A stretch of DNA of 64,000 nucleotides from Eledone cirrhosa (Eukaryota), in NCBI GenBank assembly GCA_964016885.1, contig OZ024740.1:337590001-337654000 (forward strand), in the 5' to 3' direction. The position numbers and the translations under genes are program-made. Shown piece by piece: positions 53,757-64,000 of the stretch (position 1 is the stretch's first letter; every line of letters begins with the position of its first letter). Below the pieces are notes generated by a model. It did not search any database. It saw only the letters and a program-made list of their open reading frames with translations, and was not told the origin of the DNA.

Positions 53757-56700
53757 ATCATCAGCATCGTTTAACGTCCCTGTTCCACGCTTGCATGGGT
53801 TTGGACGGGGGTTTTCCCACTTGAGGCAAGAGTGATTGTCTTGCTCGCATAGGACTGTCTGGCAGGTTTTCTACAGTTGGATGCCCTTCCTAACACCAAC
53901 TACATTTACAGTGTGGGTCTGGGAGGTTTTTACCGTGTTGCCTACACGGCCACATTACAGCGTGGACTGTGTGTTTTTTTGTCGTGACACCTACACGATC
54001 TCATTTGTTTCGGCCTGGATGGTGTGGCACCAACATAACTTTACATAGAATGGGGCGGTGTGGATGGGGTGGGGGTGGTGGGACGGGGGTGTATTTTGTT
54101 AGAGATGCCTACTGACTGTAGTAGGTTTTACTATGTATTTAGGTAAGGCGGGTCTTCTCTATTACTGAGTACCGCCAAAGGTCTCGGTCCAGTGACATTG
54201 TCTTGGAGAGGTGTAAGTGTGTGAGGTCGGAGTTTATCAGCTCGTCCCAGGTTTTTCTAGGTCTGCCTATTCCGTGGCTACCGTCTATCTTTATTGCCCT
54301 GCACTTTGTTATACAGCTATCGACTTTCATGCGCATCACGTGTCCATACCAACGTAGCCTTCTCTCGAGTAAACAACATCTGATCCCTCTTATTTCTAAT
54401 TTTTTCCTTAGTTCGTTTATGCTTTGCCGTTCACGTATATTACTATTACACATCCAGCGGAGCATGCAAGCTTTGTTCCTCTCTAGTCTGCATAGATCCG
54501 CTGCACACAATGCCCAGGTCTCACTGCCATGCAACATTGCTGTCCGTATGCAGGCATCATACAACCTGCCTTTCATTTTTAGGGAGAACCCTTTAGCGGC
54601 TAATAGTGGTATAAGCTCTCTGAACTTTTTCCATCCAGTTCTGACTCTAGCTACTGTACTTTCAGAGCACCCTCCCCCACTGCTGATTTTGTCACCCAGG
54701 TAACGGAAGCTGTCCACTATTTCTATAGAGCCCTCTGCGCAGTTGAAAGAGCTAGTATTTTTGTGGGCACTTGCTACTACTTATTGCACCAGAGCACCGG
54801 CCACATGTGAAATCTACGTTCTTAGTTAGCTTACCTGTGATCCCACTACATCTTTTATGCACCCATACTTTGCATTTCTGACACAAAATGGAGTTTCTAC
54901 CTACGCCTTTCCTACACACTGAGCATGGCCACTTCCCGGAAGGGACCGCCGCCTTATTTTCTTTCCTACAAACTAGAACTTTGGTCTTAGCCAGATTAAT
55001 TTTAAGGCCTTTTGATTCTAGGCTGTGCTTCCATGTTTGGAATTTCTTCTCTAGCTCGGCCATTGATTCAGCTATGAGTGTTAGGTCGTCTGCGTATAGG
55101 AGTTCCCATGGGCAGCCGGTCTTGAACTCCTCTGTTATAGCCTGAAGGGCAATAATAAATAGTAGGGGGCTGAGAACAGAGCCCTGATGGACGCCAACTT
55201 TTACGCTAAACTCTTCACTATATTCGTTGTTAATTCTAACCTTGCTGACTGTTTCTTTATACATGGCTTGTATAGCTCTCACAAGCCATTCCTCAACACC
55301 TAGTTTTCTAAGAGCCCACCAGATAATGGAACGGGGGACTCTGTCGAAGGCTTTCTCCAAGTCAACAAAAGCTAAGTATAGGGGTTTACTTTTAGCTAGG
55401 TACTTCTCCTGTAGTTGTCGTACAATGAAAAGAGCGTCTGTGGTACTTTTGCCTGACACAAACCCGAACTGCATTTCATCTAGGTCAATTCTCTCTCTGA
55501 TTAGTTGCGCTATTACTTTTTCTGTGACCTTCATGACCTGGTCGATTAATTTAATGCCTCTATAGTTACACCTATCTAGGGCATCTCCTTTACCCTTATA
55601 ACAGTTAACGATGATGCTGCTACGCCAGTCCTTCGGAACAGCCCCATTCTGTACGACTTGGTTAACTATTCGGGTGACCATGGTGTGTCCCACCGTGCCA
55701 GATGCCTTCAGCATCTCAGCAACTATTTCCGAAGGCCCAGCTGCCTTACCCGTCTTCATATCCTTTGCCTTACTTATTATACTACCCTCGACTAACACTG
55801 CTGGTCCCTCTATTGGGTCGATGTGGGGGAGACTGTCTTTCTCCCATTTATTCTCCTCATTTAGTAGCCTTTCATAGTGATACTTCCAAGCTACCTTCTT
55901 ATCAGCGTCGGTGATGGCAAGTACGCCGTCATCATTAAGTACACACTTCTCCCCGACAATATCATGGTTTTCCTTGACACATTGCCTAGCATTCCTGAAC
56001 ACCTCACGTTTTTGGTCTTTGCGTTGTAGAACATGCTTGAACTTTCTTTCCTCTGGTTCCCTTCTTGCGAAGTACACTTGTCTCCTAGCTTTCCTCCTGG
56101 CCACTTGATAGTCTTCTCTACTTCCCCCATCCCGCCATACTTTCCAAGCCTGCTTTTTGGCCTTATTGACCCCTCCACCTTACTGTTCCACCACCATGTT
56201 ACTCTCCTCCTGCCTACGGGCCTGCTCCAGCCACAGACTTCGTCTGCCGCCATCAGCAGGTTTGCTTTCAGGAATTCCCACTGCTCCTCTATATTGTACG
56301 ACTCTAATTGCTCTTCCTTACTGTCGAAAGCATCAAGTAGTATGCTTTTAAATTTATTTCTGGCTGTGGGGTCCTTTAGCTTCCATATTTTTCTCCTGAG
56401 GATAGTCCTCTTCTGTTGTCTAGTACGTCTCGTCCTGACTATTAGGTCGCTAATTATCAGTTTATGTTGGGAGGTGCATTCTTCGTGGGGGAGGGATTTA
56501 GTGTTTACAACGGACACTCTGTCACGTCTTCTGGTAAGGATATAATCTACCTGGCTTGTGTATTCCCCGGATCTATAGGTGATCAGGTGATTGTCACGTT
56601 TTTTGAAGTTAGTGTTACAGATAGTTAGGTTATTTGCGTCACAGAATTCCAGGATTCTGGAGCCTTCCTCATTTCTAGTACCGAACCCATAGCCTCCATG

Positions 56701-57757
56701 GATTTCGTCGTAGCCGTCGCAATGTTGTCCAACGTGACCATTTAGGTCGCCTGCAATAATTATATAGTCACTGTCGGTTATTTGGGAGGTAGTGAGCATC
56801 AGTGTCTCATAGAATCTGTCTTTTATAGTGCCGGGCAGTCCGGATTGGGGTGCGTACGCAGATATTACTGTCACCGTAGTTCTATTGAGGACAAGTCTTA
56901 TTTTAATTATTCTGTTGTTCACTCTATTTACGTCTATTATCTTATCTGCCCACTTTTCTGCTACCATGATTCCTACTCCACCCAGCCCATCGTCATTTCC
57001 CACCCAGAAAAGCTTATAGCATCGTTTTTTACCCTCAATGAATCTAGCAGAGCCCCCCTCTCCACCTGGTCTCTTGAATATAACAAACATCGACCTCCTT
57101 ACGTTCGAGCATTTCTACAACCTCGTTAGAGCGACCCTTTAAGGTGCCTACATTCATGGTACCAACTCTGAAGTTTTGGATTGCGTTTGGAGGGTGGGAG
57201 CGGTGGGGAGCGGAGGGATATGGGGTTATGTTAGCCATCCACGGCCGAAACAAAGAGGAGTGCTCGCATTCTTGTCCACGAGGTGAATTTGTCTTTATCT
57301 TTGGCATTGTCGCTGAGCGTCCAGATTTTTCTCTCTTCCACTCTCCAGAATTCCGTAGTCCATCCATCCATCATATATCGAAAGGCAACCAGGCAAGCGA
57401 TAGTATAGGCCTCTGGCTTATGATTGGTCCATGTAATAATAATGGTGGTGCGTGGGGATGGGAGGGAGGGGTGGGTGTTGGGTAGTTAGCTAGAAGGTAA
57501 GGATTGAATGAGGTCCTCGTATTTAACAAGCGATAACAAAAATACAAGATTTGTTCTGTTCAATACGACAAAAACCCTCGTATTTAACAAGCAATAACAA
57601 AAAATACAGATTTGTTTTAGGAATACGACAACTACATTAGGATTTGGCAAGATTGGAGGTTTGGACTAGGTACGAATGGAGTGTGGAGATGGTAGAAAAA
57701 TGTGTACATTACGTTACATGATATACCGTGAAGAAGCAGCGATGAATTTGGCGAATG
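53757..57757 (-). mobile_element. Near full-length RTE LINE family C
   Basis: 5' UTR with ~61-bp tandem repeat (57515-57632), APE+RT coding region, 3' UTR, tail. Confidence 0.92.
54139..57367 (-). pseudogene. APE endonuclease + RT ORF split by about 3 frameshifts or stops
   Basis: RVGTMNVGTL, SAYAPQ, AGDLNGHVG, SQVDYIL, SQHKL (APE); NYRGIKL, VDLEKAFD, QGSVLSP, LYADD (RT). Confidence 0.9.
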
Positions 57758-57812
57758 TATATATATATATATATATAATAAATAACAAAGAACGCTTATA
57801 GCATATGCATAT

Positions 57813-57870
57813 CTTTACTTGCTAACATTGTTTCATCCGCACTATAAGTGGGACTCATCAGAGCATAAAG
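57813..57870 (-). ncRNA. Hammerhead ribozyme in 3' pLTR
   Basis: ctttatgct-CTGATGA-gtcccact tat agtgcggat-GAAA-caatg-TT-agcaagtaaag. Confidence 0.85.
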
Positions 57871-58472
57871 GTTAATTACATACCATACAAGCAATAACAA
57901 ATCCAAGACATTGAAGAATGAAAGGTAATAATAGACGATAAAGGATATTAAGGAAGTAAAAGTAAAAATAAGAATACTAAGCAATGAAAAATAAGGGATG
58001 AAAAATAAGGGGTGCTATCAGTCACAGTTGGGCGGGGTGCTGTCAACATATAGTTACATACAAGCATACACATGGATAAGAGAACAGACAAGAGTAGACA
58101 CATGGATAAGAGAACAGACAAGAGTAGATGAGATAGATGGGATTAGGTAAGAGTAGGTAAAAAATAGGTAAAAAATAGGTGAAAAAACAGACTTATAATA
58201 TATATAAAAATAAGAAAATATAAAGAAATACAAAGAAATACATAACAAACTTACATATAAAATATAAAATATACAGATAATAGTGATACAGGGTAAGGAA
58301 TGAGATAAAATAATATAAAATTAAAATTAAAAATTATATACATAGAACATAATATAATATAATCGTACAATAAGATAAAATAAGGTAAACTAAAATCAAA
58401 TAACATAGACTAAATTAAAATAATATAATATAAGATATAATTAAATGTATAATTAAATGTAATTAAATGTAA

Positions 58473-58520
<48 letters not shown>

Positions 58521-58698
58521 AAATTAAATAAATAAATAAATAAAATTAAAATTAAAATTTTAAATTTAAAATTTAAATTTAAATTTAAATAAATAAATAA
58601 ATAAATGGAGTCAAGTAAGTAAATAAATAAAATTAGATAACATGAAATGAAATAAAATAAAATAAAATGAAATAAAGTAAATTGAGATAAGATATATA

Positions 58699-58860
58699 TT
58701 TTTTTAGAATATATCTCTTGAATATATCAGGGGCCCACGAAGGCACTAAGTGTCACAGTTATGTGTATCACTTGACCATTTTTTAAAAATATATTTCTTG
58801 AAAACATCAGGGGCCCACGAAGGCACTAAGTGTCACAGTCACCAGTATCACTTGACCATT
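58699..58860. repeat. 80-bp tandem duplication in PLE 3' UTR
   Basis: gggcccacgaaggcactaagtgtcacagt at 58731 and 58811. Confidence 0.85.
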
Positions 58861-60118
58861 GCAAGGCAATGGAGGCGTCCCAGGTTGGGCAGTCTCAAAA
58901 GTTCACTCGAAAGTCATGGGTGTGCATTCACACAGTTGAGCGGTGGGGTAATCACAAACCGGTTCACACCCGGGCAGGAGTCCAATGGTCAGAGAGAGGT
59001 GCATCGAAGGAGGTAGAAGAATTCACGTGCATTAGCAAGCGAGGTGCAGGCGGGTTAAAGCAAGCAGACACAGTTGTAGCGCATACAAAAGATATATAAA
59101 AAGACAGAAGATATATAAAAAATAGCTTCAAGAGCCATTAAGTCACCGCATTGGGACATCACAAGATTGTACACATCAATATGTTCAGCACGTATATGCA
59201 CGTATACACACCACATGCACATGCAGAGACGGTATACATATATATATATATATTTTTTTTTATATATATATACAGACACACACAATCACCTACACCCATA
59301 CACATATAAATGTATACACGGACACACACGCACACACACACAGCGTATGACACCCGGGTCAAAGCTGATATTAAAGCTGATATTAAACACCGAAATACCA
59401 CATTAGACCAGACCCACCACCACAGGTAATACATTCAAAATAAATAAATACATACGATGAGATGTAGTAAAATAAAGTTGAAATCCTACGGAGATATTCA
59501 TGTCCGCACGTGCCATTGACCGATTCAAGTGTACACAGACCGTTAGTAACTACGGAGGGCTATCGGGGCCAAAACGTTACTTTCGGGATCATAACAACGA
59601 CCGTCAATATATGGAAGGCCGATCGTGCTAGAAAGACTACAACCCCGGGCAAGAGCTCCCAGAGGTCAGCCTGTAGATCTTGAACCACAGAATATGAGGG
59701 CAACACGTACATGCGCCACGTATCCACTGCTTACGGCGGGATGGCACGGGTCCGCCCACAGTTACAGGCTAAATTTCTACTAGTGCAGCCTAAATCGCAG
59801 TACACGCTTTACATAAATACATTACATCACAACTCATGCGCATACAGAGGTACAGATCAACAAGATATACGTCAGGATAGATCCACCAATGCACCGATGG
59901 TGGGTAGGCCAGCGTGGATGGGTTACATCCACTGTGCCAAACAGGGGTGCTTATTAACATACACTCCCCTGCACACCCCAATATCCAGATCAATATCCTC
60001 CCACAGGCATACGTATACATTCACCAACTCGTATACATAGACGACCAACAATAGGAGACAGTTACACACAGTCAGAGACAGTTACACAAGACAGCCCAAC
60101 TGGAGGAATAAGGAAGTG

Positions 60119-62608
60119 CTAGCTAACAGGTTTAAAGTAGAAGAAAGAGCTTAATATTCGGTGGGGGCAAGAGGAAAAAATTTCAGACTTTCTATTTAGT
60201 AGAGGGCATTTAGCAAATATAATAGAGTGGGATTCAGCAAGGCACAGGTTACATACTCTACTATGAGGAGTATATGGATGGGATTTAGCAACCTGCCGCC
60301 AAGTAAGTGTGTAACGTGTTCGTGCATTTTTTAAATTATGGACGTACGCTGCCAAGGAGGTGGAGTTCCTCAGTTTATTATGTCTAAAAGTGCATTGATG
60401 AGAGTTAAACCTGGTCTTAAAGGGGGTGGAGGTTGATCCTATATAGGTCTTAGTGGACGCCGTAGTTACCACATCACACGCATAAACTATGTTTCTAACA
60501 AGGCAGAAACCATTCAGGGGGCAGCCTGAAGCCCTTCTACAGTTACAACCTCTGGTGATGCTATTCTCAGAATGATCACCACCAGTGTTTCTGCCCACTC
60601 TGTCCACTACCATGTTTTCCCCTAGGCTTAGGTTGTCCAGGCCTTCCTTTATTTTCTTATTATTAGTGATGGCCAGATGAGAGGCCAGATTTTGGGTTGT
60701 AGAATACGAAAGTTTAACAACATTCTTATTGAGGATAGAGTGGTACCTATTACCAGGAGGGAAGTTCCGTTCCAGCACAGAGAAGAAGGCCCTAGGAATA
60801 TTTATAGCCACTTCAGAATTAAAAGGGGGGTTGAAGTATGTATTCAATCTTCTTCTATTCTTTTTATTCTTACTATTTCCATCAGTATTATTAGCATTAT
60901 TATTTCTACGGTTCCTATGCTCGCCTAGTCCATGCGGGGAGCTGCGAGGCCTACCATTGCTATTACTTAGACTAATGGTGCCCTGCTGGTTCATTCCACC
61001 GGCATCTAGAAACCTCCCGTTCACGACACCTCTATTGTTATTACTTAGACTAATGGTGCCCTGCTGTTTCATTCCACCGGCATTTAGAACCCTCCCATTC
61101 GCGACACCTCGATTACCAATGGACATATTATGTGTTATAACAACACTGGTAGAGCTACTATTAGGACCATTATTTCCCTGGGTGTAATACAATTTGTCCC
61201 TAAAGCCGGATCTAGCTAAGGCGTCGTTATAGTAATCAGCCTGCGAGTCAAACGCCTCCTCACTATGTGAGAGTGAACTTATTCTGTTAGATACGCCCTT
61301 CAGTATACCGCTGATGACAGACCTAGGGTGGTTGGAGTTGGTATTCACGTAAGTCAGCAATTCATTGGGCTTATGGTACGGTGTGTACGTATAGTTATCC
61401 AAGTCCAGTGTAACATCTAGGAAGTTCACAGTTCTATCATTTACATCCATAGTAATGGATAGGTTAAATGTTTTAAAAAAGCTATGCAGCTTTTTCCTAA
61501 TGCGCACTATATTATACTTACTAGTATCTATGGAGAGTAGGGCGTCATCCCGGTACAACCCGCCCCTAAGGAAAGGGAAGTTACTATGCAGTTCATTGAG
61601 GAGGTATAGTCCAACTAAGTCGGTGACTTGAGCAGAGTCACTCGACCCCATAGTAATGTCAAAATTATCAGGTGTGTTTTTTCTCGTCCATAGATTATCC
61701 TCAAACATGATAATGGTTTTACGTGCAGCGAGAACAATATCTATCTGTGGCCTAGTAATTGCCCCCCTCTGCATGGCTAGGATGAGGGCCTTATTGAGGA
61801 TAATAGGAGATATAGATGTATAATAAGCATCAATATCAAATTGGATGAATTTTAGTGAGTCACGACCACAATCCGTAGAGAACCACGTAATGACCTCACT
61901 AGTGTTACCCCAAAGCTCAAGGAAAGTTTTTTCTCTAACCAGGGGAATAACGCTATCCAAGATTCCCTTACTAATAATCCCCAGGTCAGACTTGGAGGGG
62001 CAGATAAGCCTAACTGAGGGTCTGCTAATAAAATCTTCCTTGTGGTCCTTGAGGGTGAATCTAGGCTGCTTGGGGTAATAAGGCTGAGTGTGTTTATCCA
62101 GACCTAATTTTACCACTATGTTATACCCCTCCAGATTAATATTATCTAAATTACTCTGCGTTGTTTTTTTGTAGTTCCTATGTAGTTCATTATAAATGAA
62201 GCCTCGATAGGTTTTATAATCCATACTATATAAGTTTTTAGTTTTGTCAGAGGGGACCAGAATGGATTTATTATCCCTAAAGTCCCTAACGATTGAACTT
62301 AGTTTACTCTGAAATTTATTGGTACATCTAGATTTTTTATATCTAATATTCCTAACAAGGGATAATAGCTCACTTTCGAAGTTATCCAACAGGCTATTAT
62401 GCGGGGGGCTCCTATAGGTCTTAAATCCATAATTATTAAAACTACGCCTCTCCTCAGGGCTATCATACTTCTTATCAAAGTGGAACGCACGCCACCGAAC
62501 ACGTTTTACGAATGAGTTTATGCTAGTTATCAATGATTTCTCATATGAGATTTTAGGGGGGGTGGGAATATTCTTCAAGGAAATGGGTAAGTATGTCTTT
62601 GTTAACAT
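60119..62608 (-). CDS. PLE polyprotein: RT + C-terminal GIY-YIG endonuclease (first ATG at 62608)
   Basis: SDKT, LKDHK, RLICP, FDIDAYY, FDITMGS, GLYRDD, VNFLDVTLDL, YHKPN; CNCR..CPLNG.C, NIVY...YIGST...FKTRFNSH, CNLCLAE, LLNRKSE. Confidence 0.93.
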   Translation of the reverse strand: MLTKTYLPISLKNIPTPPKISYEKSLITSINSFVKRVRWRAFHFDKKYDSPEERRSFNNYGFKTYRSPPHNSLLDNFESELLSLVRNIRYKKSRCTNKFQSKLSSIVRDFRDNKSILVPSDKTKNLYSMDYKTYRGFIYNELHRNYKKTTQSNLDNINLEGYNIVVKLGLDKHTQPYYPKQPRFTLKDHKEDFISRPSVRLICPSKSDLGIISKGILDSVIPLVREKTFLELWGNTSEVITWFSTDCGRDSLKFIQFDIDAYYTSISPIILNKALILAMQRGAITRPQIDIVLAARKTIIMFEDNLWTRKNTPDNFDITMGSSDSAQVTDLVGLYLLNELHSNFPFLRGGLYRDDALLSIDTSKYNIVRIRKKLHSFFKTFNLSITMDVNDRTVNFLDVTLDLDNYTYTPYHKPNELLTYVNTNSNHPRSVISGILKGVSNRISSLSHSEEAFDSQADYYNDALARSGFRDKLYYTQGNNGPNSSSTSVVITHNMSIGNRGVANGRVLNAGGMKQQGTISLSNNNRGVVNGRFLDAGGMNQQGTISLSNSNGRPRSSPHGLGEHRNRRNNNANNTDGNSKNKKNRRRLNTYFNPPFNSEVAINIPRAFFSVLERNFPPGNRYHSILNKNVVKLSYSTTQNLASHLAITNNKKIKEGLDNLSLGENMVVDRVGRNTGGDHSENSITRGCNCRRASGCPLNGFCLVRNIVYACDVVTTASTKTYIGSTSTPFKTRFNSHQCTFRHNKLRNSTSLAAYVHNLKNARTRYTLTWRQVAKSHPYTPHSRVCNLCLAESHSIIFAKCPLLNRKSEIFSSCPHRILSSFFYFKPVS

Positions 62609-62810
62609 ACTGCCTGATAATATACAAGGACACAAATCCGCGTATATCAAAGTTTAAGCTCAACCAGTGGGAGCCGTATAGTATACTAGGGAAAGGATCA
62701 GGGGTGTATAACACTCCACTTATCCAGCAGGCAGTATAAGGTTAGCTCAATGTCAGAGGACAGAGCCGTAATATAATAAATAACAAAGAACGCTTATAGC
62801 ATATGCATAT

Positions 62811-62868
62811 CTTTACTTGCTAACATTGTTTCATCCGCACTATAAGTGGGACTCATCAGAGCATAAAG
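62811..62868 (-). ncRNA. Hammerhead ribozyme in 5' pLTR
   Basis: Identical to 57813-57870. Confidence 0.85.
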
Positions 62869-63471
62869 GTTAATTACATACCATACAAGCAATAACAAAT
62901 CCAAGACATTGAAGAATGAAAGGTAATAATAGACGATAAAGGATATTAAGGAAGTAAAAGTAAAAATAAGAATACTAAGCAATGAAAAATAAGGGATGAA
63001 AAATAAGGGGTGCTATCAGTCACAGTTGGGCGGGGTGCTGTCAACATATAGTTACATACAAGCATACACATGGATAAGAGAACAGACAAGAGTAGACACA
63101 TGGATAAGAGAACAGACAAGAGTAGATGAGATAGATGGGATTAGGTAAGAGTAGGTAAAAAATAGGTAAAAAATAGGTGAAAAAACAGACTTATAATATA
63201 TATAAAAATAAGAAAATATAAAGAAATACAAAGAAATACATAACAAACTTACATATAAAATATAAAATATACAGATAATAGTGATACAGGGTAAGGAATG
63301 AGATAAAATAATATAAAATTAAAATTAAAAATTATATACATAGAAACATAATATAATATAATCGTACAATAAGATAAAATAAGGTAAACTAAAATCAAAT
63401 AACATAGACTAAATTAAAATAATATAATATAAGATATAATTAAATGTATAATTAAATGTAATTAAATGTAA

Positions 63472-63511
<40 letters not shown>

Positions 63512-63572
63512 AATTTAAATTTAAATTTTAAATTTAAAATTTAAATTTAAATTTAAATAAATAAATAAATAA

Positions 63573-64000
63573 ATTGATAACTAGCATAAACTCATTCGTA
63601 AAACGTGTTCGGTGGCGTGCGTTCCACTTTGATAAGAAGTATGATAGCCCTGAGGAGAGGCGTAGTTTTAATAATTATGGATTTAAGACCTATAGGAGCC
63701 CCCCGCATAATAGCCTGTTGGATAACTTCGAAAGTGAGCTATTATCCCTTGTTAGGAATATTAGATATAAAAAATCTAGATGTACCAATAAATTTCAGAG
63801 TAAACTAAGTTCAATCGTTAGGGACTTTAGGGATAATAAATCCATTCTGGTCCCCTCTGACAAAACTAAAAACTTATATAGTATGGATTATAAAACCTAT
63901 CGAGGCTTCATTTATAATGAACTACATAGGAACTACAAAAAAACAACGCAGAGTAATTTAGATAATATTAATCTGGAGGGGTATAACATAGTGGTAAAAT
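63573..64000 (+). mobile_element. Inverted copy of the PLE ORF 5' region, running off the window
   Basis: Reverse complement of 62107-62534. Confidence 0.9.

Larger units (their letters stand above)
57773..63572 (-). mobile_element. Penelope-like element with direct pseudo-LTRs
   Basis: 57773-~58605 repeated at 62771-63572 (offset 4998), enclosing the 843-aa ORF. Confidence 0.92.

Noticed and set aside
58699-58860. CRISPR-like repeat
   Set aside because: Only two units with similar intervening sequence; eukaryotic tandem duplication
59715-59775. Twister-like motif (TAA-ctgt..ggcgg/ccgcc-gtaa-gcag, minus strand)
   Set aside because: Pseudoknot partner and P1 could not be identified

Overview
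AT-rich, repeat-saturated eukaryotic DNA. The dense (TA)n/(CATA)n/(GAT)n microsatellites and the SINE/LINE content suggest an octopus/cephalopod-like invertebrate (inference). No host gene is confidently identified. The window holds several RTE-clade LINE families (one near full-length, ~53757-57757), an RTE-type RT with three C2H2 fingers, R4/Dong and CRE-like endonuclease fragments, Gypsy, hAT and CR1 relics, two tRNA-SINE families and TTAA MITEs. The most notable content is a Penelope-like element (PLE)/hammerhead ribozyme (HHR) system. It comprises an intact-ORF RT+GIY-YIG PLE with HHR-bearing pseudo-LTRs (57773-63572) plus an inverted ORF copy, a decayed second PLE, and about 17 intact or fossil type-I HHR motifs. 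Many HHRs sit in inverted repeats inside (TA)n. One is in a non-coding 466-bp circularly permuted monomer (33957-35068) resembling a retrozyme. All ribozyme calls are by-eye folding, not covariance-model hits.
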